A DNA stretch of 64,000 bases from Bacillota bacterium (GTDB lineage Bacteria; Bacillota_I; Bacilli_A; Acholeplasmatales; Acholeplasmataceae). The DNA is taken from positions 4,778-68,777 of the forward strand of contig JAHIRQ010000171.1 of NCBI GenBank assembly GCA_018818645.1, given 5' to 3'. The position numbers were made by a program, and so were the translations under genes. The notes beneath the pieces were generated by a model, which was not told where the DNA came from, did no database searches, and was given only the letters and a program-made list of their open reading frames with translations. Numbering within the stretch: position 1 is the stretch's first letter; each line of letters opens with the position of its first letter. Shown piece by piece: positions 52,133-60,674 of this stretch.

Positions 52133-53149
52133 ATGCTAATCTATGATCTGACTCTAGAAGAGTTAGTTGAATTTCTAAATAAACACGGACATAAAAAGTA
52201 CCGTGCTGACCAAGTATGGAATTGGTTATATAAACAAAAGGTACTGAGCTTCAAGGAAATGAATAACCTTCCTGATGATCTCATTACTCTTCTTGAAGAA
52301 AATTTTAAGATTGAAGCTTTAGAGCTTGTCCTTAAACACATCAGTCAAGATGGAACTGTCAAGGCTTTGTATAGTCTACATGATGGACATTTAATTGAAT
52401 CGGTTTTAATGAAACATCATTATGGAAATTCAATTTGTGTAACTACACAAGTTGGATGTAATATTGGTTGCTCATTTTGTGCATCAGGTCTTCTCAAGAA
52501 GAAAAGAGATTTGACTTCAGGTGAAATCATTGCTCAAATCATTGAAACAGAAAAGATATTGAAGGAAAGAATTTCTTATGTGGTTGTAATGGGTATTGGT
52601 GAACCACTCGATAACTATCAAAACTTGATCAAATTCTTATCAACGATAAATAGCCCAAAAGGATTAGCCATAGGTGCAAGACACATTACTGTATCTACTT
52701 CAGGAATTGTTCCTAAAATTAAAGAATATGCCCAAATGGGTCTTCAAGTGAATTTAGCAATTAGCTTGCATGCTCCAAACAATGAGATTAGAACTAAACT
52801 CATGAAAATCAATCAAGCATACCCAGTCGAAGAAGTGATTGGAGCGATTAAATATTATTTAAGTGTAGCTAACCGCAGAGTCACGATTGAATACATCCTA
52901 ATCGATGGATTAAATGATACTCCTGAGGTCGCTATAGAGCTTTGTAAGGTGCTTAGAGGGTTAAATGTGTATGTGAACTTAATCCCATACAATGAGGTCT
53001 TAGAGGCCCCATATAAGCGTTCAAAAACAGAAACCATGGTAGCATTTTATGATATACTCATGAAGAATAAAATTCAAGTTACATTAAGAAAAGAACAAGG
53101 CCATGACATCAATGCTGCCTGCGGACAGCTTAGAAGTCAACACCTGTAG
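52133..53149 (+). CDS. rlmN: 23S rRNA/tRNA adenine-C2 methyltransferase RlmN (radical SAM)
   Basis: CVTTQVGCNIGCSFCASG and C-terminal GHDINAACGQL motifs. Confidence 0.9.
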   Translation: MLIYDLTLEELVEFLNKHGHKKYRADQVWNWLYKQKVLSFKEMNNLPDDLITLLEENFKIEALELVLKHISQDGTVKALYSLHDGHLIESVLMKHHYGNSICVTTQVGCNIGCSFCASGLLKKKRDLTSGEIIAQIIETEKILKERISYVVVMGIGEPLDNYQNLIKFLSTINSPKGLAIGARHITVSTSGIVPKIKEYAQMGLQVNLAISLHAPNNEIRTKLMKINQAYPVEEVIGAIKYYLSVANRRVTIEYILIDGLNDTPEVAIELCKVLRGLNVYVNLIPYNEVLEAPYKRSKTETMVAFYDILMKNKIQVTLRKEQGHDINAACGQLRSQHL

Positions 53150-53158
53150 GAGGTAAAT

Positions 53159-54115
53159 TTGAAAAAAGGCTTTATCAAAAAAATGATATCCAATCAGTAC
53201 ACATTAATTGATCAAGATTCCCATGAAGAAGTCATCGCTACTGCTAGAGGCAAACTGCGTTACATGAAAGTAACGGAAGACTCAGCTTTTTCGAAGCAAT
53301 TGACTAAAAAGACAAAAATCGAACAAAAAATAACAACCATCAGTCCGAAGGTTGGAGATTATGTCTTATATGATGATTCAGAGGATCAAATCATCATCCA
53401 AGAAATACTACCAAGAAAAAATGATTTGACACGTCCTGATGTCTGTAATGTTGATCAAGTACTCCTTGTTTTTTCAGCTATAAATCCTGAATTCAGCTTT
53501 CATCTCTTAGATAAATTCTTAATCATTATGAATCAGGAGCATTTAACTCCTGTCATTATTATTTCTAAGATTGACTTGATTGAAAAAGAACCGCTCGATC
53601 GATTAAAAGAAGACTTAAAGTATTACGAAAAAATGGGTTATGAAGTCTTTTATGTCAACTCCAAACAGCGTATTGGAATCGATGTTCTTGCCCATATATT
53701 TAAAGGCAAATTAACCGTACTTGCTGGACAAACAGGAGTCGGGAAGTCAACTTTATTAAACGCATTAATGCCTGAACTACACCTAAAAACTCAAGAGATA
53801 TCTAAGGCTTTAGGAAGAGGTAAACACACGACTAGACATACAGAATTATATAGTTATAATGGTGGATATATTGTAGATACTCCAGGGTTCTCTAAAATAG
53901 AGTTTGTAATCTTTCATGTCGATGAGATGAAAACATTTTATCCTGATTTTGAATTTCTATCACCATCCTGCAGATTTACTTCGAGTTGCTTGCATCTTAA
54001 TGAGCCCTCTTGTGCTGTTAAGGAAGGCGTAGAGTCAAAAGAAATATTACAATCTAGATATGATAATTATGTTCAGTTTTGTGAGGAAGTAAAAAATCAA
54101 AAAGAAAGATATTAG
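53159..54115 (+). CDS. rsgA: Ribosome small-subunit-dependent GTPase A
   Basis: Circularly permuted GTPase (ISKIDL ... GQTGVGKSTLLNAL ... GRGKHTTRH) and a C-terminal Cys cluster. The TTG start lies 5 nt after AGGAGG. Confidence 0.85.
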   Translation: MKKGFIKKMISNQYTLIDQDSHEEVIATARGKLRYMKVTEDSAFSKQLTKKTKIEQKITTISPKVGDYVLYDDSEDQIIIQEILPRKNDLTRPDVCNVDQVLLVFSAINPEFSFHLLDKFLIIMNQEHLTPVIIISKIDLIEKEPLDRLKEDLKYYEKMGYEVFYVNSKQRIGIDVLAHIFKGKLTVLAGQTGVGKSTLLNALMPELHLKTQEISKALGRGKHTTRHTELYSYNGGYIVDTPGFSKIEFVIFHVDEMKTFYPDFEFLSPSCRFTSSCLHLNEPSCAVKEGVESKEILQSRYDNYVQFCEEVKNQKERY

Positions 54116-54127
54116 GAGGGTTTCATA

Positions 54128-54757
54128 ATGAAAATTGCACCTTCAGTACTAACTGCAGATTTTGCAAATTTAAGAAGTGAACTCGATTCTATTTCGAATG
54201 CTGATCTTATCCATTTAGATATTATGGATGGTCATTTCGTCCCAAATATCTCATTTGGACCAGCAATTGCTAAGGAAATCGAGAAAAATACACATCTACC
54301 ACTTGATATTCATTTAATGGTAACAGATCCACTCCAATGGATCCCTAAATTTTCATTTCCTAAAACGAAATATATTACCATTCATACAGAATCAAACCAC
54401 GTCTCAGAGACAATACAAGCAATTCAAAAACAAAATATAGGGGTTGGGTTATCCATTAAACCAAAAACCCCAGTTCGTGCATTAATTCCTTACCTAAATG
54501 AAGTGAAGTTGATATTGATTATGACGGTTGAACCTGGCTTTGGTGGGCAATCCTTTATGTCTGAAATGCTTGAGAAAGTGAAGGAATTGGTCAAATTAAG
54601 AAAAGAAAATGGTCTAACATTCTCAATTGAAGTTGATGGTGGTATCAATAATCAAACCATTCTACTTTGCAAAGAAGTAGGAGTCGATATCGTTGTTATT
54701 GGTAGTCACTTATTTAACATGGAAGACCGTAAGAAAGGAATTGATTCTTTAAGATGA
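54128..54757 (+). CDS. rpe: Ribulose-phosphate 3-epimerase
   Basis: HLDIMDGHFVPN, MTVEPGFGGQ motifs. Confidence 0.9.
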   Translation: MKIAPSVLTADFANLRSELDSISNADLIHLDIMDGHFVPNISFGPAIAKEIEKNTHLPLDIHLMVTDPLQWIPKFSFPKTKYITIHTESNHVSETIQAIQKQNIGVGLSIKPKTPVRALIPYLNEVKLILIMTVEPGFGGQSFMSEMLEKVKELVKLRKENGLTFSIEVDGGINNQTILLCKEVGVDIVVIGSHLFNMEDRKKGIDSLR

Positions 54758-55359
54758 GAGTATTAGTTGTCACACATCCAACTCCTAAAAATATCAAAGA
54801 AATCATGCCTCTAAAAGACTCTGATTATATAATCGCAGTGGATCAGGCAGTTTTTTCTCTATATAAACAAAGAATCCCCATTCACCTCGCGGTTGGGGAC
54901 TTTGATAGCTTAACCAATCATGGTATGCTTGTCAATTTAAACGTGATTAGACTCAACCCTATTAAGGATGTAACAGACACCCATCAGGCATTAGTAGAAG
55001 CCGTGAAAATTAATCCAGATGAACTATACTTAATCGGTGGGATTGGTGGGGAACGCATAGAGCATTTTATGGTACATACGATGTTTTTTAATGAGTTTCC
55101 TGATTTGATTATTAAGGATGAAAATTCGACGATTTATGTTCTAGATAAAGGTATACATGAGTTTGGAGTTCAAAACCATTTTGTTTCAATCTTTGCTTAC
55201 CCAAAAGCAGTATTAACCTTAGTTGGATTTAAGTACGATTTGACTGAATATATCTTAAACACTTATGATCCATTATGCATCAGTAATGAGTTAGCTGAAG
55301 ATAAAGGATTCATAGATGTAAAAGAGGGTAAAGTGATTGTTGTTATTTCAAAGAAATAA
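54754..55359 (+). CDS. Thiamine pyrophosphokinase
   Basis: AVDQAV...AVGDFDS motif, ~200 aa, conserved position after rpe. Confidence 0.8.
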   Translation: MRVLVVTHPTPKNIKEIMPLKDSDYIIAVDQAVFSLYKQRIPIHLAVGDFDSLTNHGMLVNLNVIRLNPIKDVTDTHQALVEAVKINPDELYLIGGIGGERIEHFMVHTMFFNEFPDLIIKDENSTIYVLDKGIHEFGVQNHFVSIFAYPKAVLTLVGFKYDLTEYILNTYDPLCISNELAEDKGFIDVKEGKVIVVISKK

Positions 55360-55377
55360 GCATTTAAATAAAAAAAA

Positions 55378-55401
55378 TAAAAGGCTTGGGCCTTTTTATT
55401 T
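55378..55401. terminator. Bidirectional terminator between the thiamine pyrophosphokinase gene and rpmB
   Basis: AAAAGGC ttgg GCCTTTT stem with A- and T-runs. Confidence 0.6.
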
Positions 55402-55590
55402 TTAAACGCGTTCTAAATTGTTCTTTTTTAAAGCACGAGCAGAAACTTTTACCTTAAGTACATTCCCGTTTTCGTCCTTAATACGTACTGTCTGAAGATT
55501 GCTCTTCCATGTACGGCGAGTCGCGTTTAACGCGTGACTGCGTTTATTACCAAAAATAGTCTTTTTACCTGTTACGTAGCATTCAGCCAT
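55402..55590 (-). CDS. rpmB: 50S ribosomal protein L28
   Basis: [33 protein letters not shown] is a typical L28 sequence. Confidence 0.9.
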   Translation of the reverse strand: MAECYVTGKKTIFGNKRSHALNATRRTWKSNLQTVRIKDENGNVLKVKVSARALKKNNLERV

Positions 55591-55890
55591 ATTCTCACTC
55601 CTAACTGCACAACCTAATTTAACATAAAAAAATTAAAAAAGCAACCAGAAAAGCAATAATCAATTAAATATTTGTTAAATCGTCTTCAGATGGATGAACT
55701 ATCTATGATTTGACTATTTTTAGCAGTAATATGATATAATATGAATGTATATGAAGCAGCATAAAAATCATTGCTTTTTGATATTTTAAATGCTATACTA
55801 GAAAAGTATAAAATTGAATTAAATTAAACTATAATATTAATCTATATTTACATACAAAACATTTTTCCCAAATATGAGGAGGATCATTTA

Positions 55891-57564
55891 ATGGCGAATC
55901 AAACAGTCAGTGGAACTCTATTTAAGAAAATGGTAACTAACGGAGCAGTAAACTTAAAAAACAATCACAAAGAAATTGATCATTTGAACGTTTTCCCAGT
56001 ACCCGATGGAGACACCGGTACGAATATGCAAATGACAATGATGGCAGGCATTAAAGAAGTAAACAGTTTGGATTCACAATCAATAGTTGATATTTCAAAA
56101 ATCTTATCACGTGGACTACTAATGGGAGCAAGAGGTAACTCTGGAGTTATACTTTCCCAATTTTTCCGTGGAGTTTATTCAGAAATAGCAAAAATTGATA
56201 ATGGATCAGCAACAGTTCAAGAATTCATCCAAGCATTAGTTGGTGGATATCAAATGGCATATCGTGCTGTCATGGATCCTGTTGAAGGAACTATCCTTAC
56301 TGTTGTTAGAGAATCTGCTGAAAAAGTACTCCGTGAATCATCCAGTCTAAATAGTGTTGAAGAAGTATTAAAATTATATTTAGAACAAGCAAAAGAAACT
56401 TTAATCAAAACCCCAGATTTACTTCCAGTATTAAAAGAAGCTGGAGTCGTAGATAGTGGTGGTGCTGGTTTCATTAAAATTATCGAAGGCTGGGTCATGG
56501 CATTAGAAGGTCAGATGCTTAATGAATCTGAAGCTTCATTTACACCATCTAAGAAAGAACATTATCATGGTGCTGAAAATTTAGGTGCTGTTGATATTAA
56601 GTTTGGATTCTGTACAGAATTTATTGTCAAACTACATAAACCTGAAAAGTTCAACGAAAACTTTATGAAAGACCCACTTTCACAAATGGGCGATTCACTT
56701 GTTGTAGTGACTGATGATGATTTACTGAAGGTCCATGTCCATACCAATCAACCAGGTGTTGCATTAACACTTGCTCAAAAGTATGGAGATTTACAAACGA
56801 TTAAAATTGAAAACATGAGAATTCAACATTCAAACATCATGGAAAATGCAGATACACCATTACACCAAGAAGAAAACCAACTGAAGATGCCTAAGAAGCC
56901 AAAAGCTAAATTTGGTATCATTGCAGTTGCTTCTGGAACTGGTATTCAAGATGCATTTAAAGAATTAGGCGTTGATTTGATTATTGATGGTGGTCAAACG
57001 ATGAATCCATCAACAGAATCATTTGTAAAAGCAATTGAATCCTTAAATTGTGAACATATCATTATCTTACCAAATAACAAAAATATCATTTTATCAGCAG
57101 AACAAACATTAGACTTATGTCCTGATCGTTCCATTAGAGTCCTAAAGACAAAGAGTATCGCTCAAGGATATTCATCACTCATGGCATTTGATCCTACACA
57201 AGAATTAGATGAAAACTTTGAATCGATGACAGAGATAGTATCCAACATGCGTTCAGGTGAAGTGACTTATGCAGTTAGAGATACAGAATTGAATGGAGTT
57301 TCCATTAAAAATGGTGATTTCATAGGGATCACTAAAGGTGAAATCAAGCTATCCACCCCTTCTAGATTAGATACTGCACTAGGATTACTTAATGATATGG
57401 TTGATATGGATCGTGAAATTATAACGATTTTCTATGGTAACGATGCAGATGAAGATGAGCTCGATAATATTGTTGCTCATGCTAAGAAATTAAACCCAGA
57501 CATTGAAGTAGAAACGATCGAAGGTAAGCAAGACATTTACACCTATATCTTCGCTGTCGAATAA
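55891..57564 (+). CDS. DAK2 (DhaL-like) domain protein, YloV family
   Basis: FPVPDGDTGTNM DhaL motif plus a C-terminal DegV-like/YloV extension. Conserved divergent arrangement with rpmB. Confidence 0.85.
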   Translation: MANQTVSGTLFKKMVTNGAVNLKNNHKEIDHLNVFPVPDGDTGTNMQMTMMAGIKEVNSLDSQSIVDISKILSRGLLMGARGNSGVILSQFFRGVYSEIAKIDNGSATVQEFIQALVGGYQMAYRAVMDPVEGTILTVVRESAEKVLRESSSLNSVEEVLKLYLEQAKETLIKTPDLLPVLKEAGVVDSGGAGFIKIIEGWVMALEGQMLNESEASFTPSKKEHYHGAENLGAVDIKFGFCTEFIVKLHKPEKFNENFMKDPLSQMGDSLVVVTDDDLLKVHVHTNQPGVALTLAQKYGDLQTIKIENMRIQHSNIMENADTPLHQEENQLKMPKKPKAKFGIIAVASGTGIQDAFKELGVDLIIDGGQTMNPSTESFVKAIESLNCEHIIILPNNKNIILSAEQTLDLCPDRSIRVLKTKSIAQGYSSLMAFDPTQELDENFESMTEIVSNMRSGEVTYAVRDTELNGVSIKNGDFIGITKGEIKLSTPSRLDTALGLLNDMVDMDREIITIFYGNDADEDELDNIVAHAKKLNPDIEVETIEGKQDIYTYIFAVE

Positions 57565-57578
57565 GAAAAAACTCTCTT

Positions 57579-57602
57579 AAAAAGGTGCTTGCACCTTTTT
57601 TA
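57579..57602 (+). terminator. Rho-independent terminator
   Basis: AAAAGGTGC tt GCACCTTTT plus T-run. Confidence 0.7.
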
Positions 57603-57605
57603 ATG

Positions 57606-57693
57606 GCGGACGTGGTGGAATGGTAGACACGCATGTTTGAGGGGCATGTGGCCGCGTTAGGCCGTGTGAGTTCAAATCTCATCGTCCGCACCA
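57606..57693 (+). tRNA. tRNA-Leu (anticodon GAG), class II with a long variable arm, encoded CCA
   Basis: Acceptor GCGGACG/CGTCCGC. Anticodon stem CATGT/GCATG with loop TTGAGGG. T-arm GTGAG-TTCAAAT-CTCAT. 3' ACCA. Confidence 0.9.
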
Positions 57694-57901
57694 AAGTTAT
57701 CTTTGATTACTCCCCGAAACCAGGGGATAATAGCGATATTTTAATGAAAAGCGACCTTATTTCTTTTGAAATAGGGTCATTTTCGTTTATCGAGTCATAC
57801 CGAGAGCAAATTTGCTTTCTCGGAAGTGACATGTTTAATTTGGGGGTAATGTGGTTCCGAACTAACCTAAACGTCAAATATTAACACTGTATCAAAAGAA
57901 A

Positions 57902-57940
57902 ACCACTTAGAGAATAGATTGCTCTAGGTGGTGTTTTTGT
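57902..57940 (+). terminator. Terminator-like hairpin in the tRNA-proximal spacer
   Basis: ACCACTTAGAG ... CTCTAGGTGGT stem (one G:T pair) followed by GTTTTTGT. Confidence 0.4.
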
Positions 57941-58053
57941 ATATGGAGTTTAAATCTCACCTGGTGGAAAATGGCGGATTTTATGTGTTTCTAAGCGACT
58001 TATCAAGTTATGATGAGTAAGGAAGTAGATCTTTGATATCCTTTGTTTGAATA

Positions 58054-58170
58054 TTGTCTATTGTCGATAATAGGTTTTCTGATTTAAAAACACGAGTCGC
58101 AATCCTAGAAAGTGATGTTAAAAACTTATTCAAAAGACATAATCCAGCAAAGGAGACCAGGAACATATGA
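58054..58170 (+). CDS. Small coiled-coil ORF (38 aa, TTG start), possibly a remnant of a phage lysis-module protein (XhlA-like pattern)
   Basis: Hand translation gives SIVDNRFSDLKTRVAILESDVKNLFKRHNPAKETRNI. The stop overlaps the holin ATG (ATATGA). The ORF is open only from 58051. Not in the ORF track. Confidence 0.3.
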   Translation: MSIVDNRFSDLKTRVAILESDVKNLFKRHNPAKETRNI

Positions 58171-58543
58171 ACGAAATAGTTACATCAATTATCGGAATTA
58201 TTGTTACTACAGTGGTCTTACCACTAGTTACACTTGGTGGGACAAAACTTATTCACTACCTCAATAGTAAGATTAAAGATGAATACGCAAGAAGAATATT
58301 GACATCAATAACATCAAGCGTAGAACGTGCTGTAAGGGTTGTTTTTCAGACCTATGTAGAGTCTTTAAAGAAGAGTGGAACATTCGATAAGGAAGCACAG
58401 AAAACCGCTCTAATCCTTGCCAAGAGGTTACAAAAGAACTTAATATAGAAGCAAAAGAGTTTATAGTTAACAACTATGTTGATTTGAATGCATATATTAT
58501 TAATCAAATAGAGGCAACAATAAGCCAGATAAAGAGCAAATAA
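58167..58543 (+). pseudogene. Phage holin, LL-H-like family, interrupted by a frameshift near 58431-58436
   Basis: The N-terminal TM (IIGIIVTTVVLPLVTLGGTKLIHYL) and AVRVVFQTYVESLKKSGTFDKEAQK match the LL-H holin pattern. The frame stops at 58448, but a shifted frame continues as ELNIEAKEFIVNNYVDLNAYIINQIEATISQIKSK to the TAA at 58541-58543. Confidence 0.55.
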
Positions 58544-58739
58544 AAAAAACGGACTAATTATTGAACCTGTCCGTTTAGCCATTATTTTTTTTAGACTGGA
58601 ATAGAATAAGAAGTTTTATCATTTTATAAAAGTTTTGTCATTTGAAGTTTATTTAAGATTCCATCAGATGTTCTAAACACTTCATTTTTTTCTATACCTA
58701 TAATCAATACTGTTGTTATTCATAACAATTTAATCTAGA

Positions 58740-60674
58740 TTAATTTGATTCCTTGTATGCTTGATAAAGTTTTGAATAGAACCCTTCAGTTTTAATCAAA
58801 TCATCATGAGATCCCTGTTCCATTAGTATACCTTCATTTAGAACCAAAAGTTCATCTGACATATATTTTGTAATATTTAGTTTATGAGAAATTATTATAC
58901 CATTTGAAGAATGTAAGTATTTTTTCATTGATTCAAGACAAGTTTTTTCTAAATATGCATCCACACTAGTCAAAGGTTCATCCAGTATGAAAGGGAACTC
59001 ACTTTCTGGTAACAAAAATCTACATAGTGCAATACGATTCTTCTCTCCACCAGATATTTTATCACCTCTTTGTCCGAGATTTCGATTATTCAATTCAACT
59101 AATTTAAAATCCGATACTAAATTATTATACTTCTCAATTAAAAAATATTCTCTCGAGATAATAAGCTTACTCATATGAAAAGCAAGCGCTTTAGTGTCGA
59201 CTTCAATGAAAAAATTAGAGATTTTCTCATATAAATTATACTTAATGAACTCAGATGGTTCTACATTGTAAATTTTTCCTAGTATCGTTAGTTCTGTATT
59301 ATTGATGTTTGAATATAGTTTGTTTGCTATTTTATTGAAAATTATTAAAAGCTCAATACTAAGAGATTCTATCAAATCCTCATAAACGCTATGTGAGACT
59401 GGTTTTTTACCCAAGGTTATGTTGAAATCTAAATTTGCATCAAATATTTCTTGTTCTTGCCCATAATACCTGATAGATGAAAATACTAAAGGTCGTGGTA
59501 TATTAGTTAAGTCAATAGTCCCCAACTTAACAAAACCAGTTTCAGGCACATTTTCACCAAGAAATAACTTGATTATTGAAGATTTTCCTTCGCCAGATAA
59601 TCCAACCAAACCGTATTTTTTGTTTAGAGATAAAGAAAAATTCTTGATTAAGTCCTTTTTAGTATGAGAAATCGTGCAGTTTGAGACTTCAAACGTATGG
59701 TTAATTGGTAAACAATGTTTTGGGTGAATATCAAGTGATTCATCTATTCTATTTTTAAAAACATTAAAGGCTTTAATATTTTCTAATAGTTCCTGAATTG
59801 ATGATAGTGGTATAAAAACTATTTGGAAATACATTAATAGAGCTAGAAATTCTGAGATAAGCAGTGATCCATTGTTGATTTCAATTACTGCAACCAAAAA
59901 GAAAATTGTGATTGCAAAACTCTTAATTGCAGTAATAGAATTTTTCCCAATAGCACTATAAGCAAACGCTTTTTTAAAAAAACCATCTCTATTATACAGT
60001 CGTTTCCTAATATTTGTCTCATGTTCTTGCACGCTAGAATAACCCATTATTGAACGACGATTCTCTATATATTCTAATACTTTTGGATTAACCTCATAAA
60101 CTACTTCACGTGCATGATTAAAATTCTTCTCGTATTTTTTATTGGTTATATGAATAATCGCAAAAATAACAATATACGACACAATTACAATTACACCGAA
60201 AGTCATTGTCCATTTTAAAGATATAATAAGTGTAGCAATTGCGGCTAATGAGATAAATATAGTATTAAAGTAATTAATAGACATGATTGTTGCTAATTGC
60301 TCAGTATCTCCAAACATACTGACCATAAAAGCACCAGATCCTCTTGATTTAAGAATACTGGAGTCTTTCTTTGAAATTGATGATAATAGTTCGTCCTCTA
60401 ATATCCTCTTTGTATTCATAAAATAAGAATTAGATATTATAGAAATTATAACTGTCAAAGCCACAAACAAAACCGCAAGTATAAAGTAATATAGGATATA
60501 TACATTATTCAATGTTAATATATTATCTATTAGATTTTTTTGTAGTAAAGGCAAAGCAAAAGAAATGACACTTAAAATAAGGCTAATTAGCGAAATAACA
60601 ATCAGTGAAAGTCGAGTTTTGTGATTTAGTTTTGATTTAACAAATGTAAAAAATTGTAGTAGTTTTTTTGTCAT
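58740..60674 (-). CDS. Fused TMD-NBD ABC exporter (no peptidase domain) with an enlarged helical subdomain in the NBD
   Basis: Six N-terminal TM helices. Walker A GLSGEGKSS, Q-loop YYGQEQ, signature ISGGEKNR, Walker B FILDEP. ATGA overlap with the upstream radical SAM gene. Confidence 0.8.
   Translation of the reverse strand: MTKKLLQFFTFVKSKLNHKTRLSLIVISLISLILSVISFALPLLQKNLIDNILTLNNVYILYYFILAVLFVALTVIISIISNSYFMNTKRILEDELLSSISKKDSSILKSRGSGAFMVSMFGDTEQLATIMSINYFNTIFISLAAIATLIISLKWTMTFGVIVIVSYIVIFAIIHITNKKYEKNFNHAREVVYEVNPKVLEYIENRRSIMGYSSVQEHETNIRKRLYNRDGFFKKAFAYSAIGKNSITAIKSFAITIFFLVAVIEINNGSLLISEFLALLMYFQIVFIPLSSIQELLENIKAFNVFKNRIDESLDIHPKHCLPINHTFEVSNCTISHTKKDLIKNFSLSLNKKYGLVGLSGEGKSSIIKLFLGENVPETGFVKLGTIDLTNIPRPLVFSSIRYYGQEQEIFDANLDFNITLGKKPVSHSVYEDLIESLSIELLIIFNKIANKLYSNINNTELTILGKIYNVEPSEFIKYNLYEKISNFFIEVDTKALAFHMSKLIISREYFLIEKYNNLVSDFKLVELNNRNLGQRGDKISGGEKNRIALCRFLLPESEFPFILDEPLTSVDAYLEKTCLESMKKYLHSSNGIIISHKLNITKYMSDELLVLNEGILMEQGSHDDLIKTEGFYSKLYQAYKESN

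Noticed and set aside
57482-57884. ORFs 57482-57694 (-) and 57633-57884 (+)
   Set aside because: Both overlap the tRNA-Leu gene and its flanking terminator. There is no RBS and no recognisable protein features.
58273-58582. Minus-strand ORFs 58273-58473 and 58352-58582
   Set aside because: They are antisense to the holin-like gene and run through the bidirectional hairpin. No RBS.
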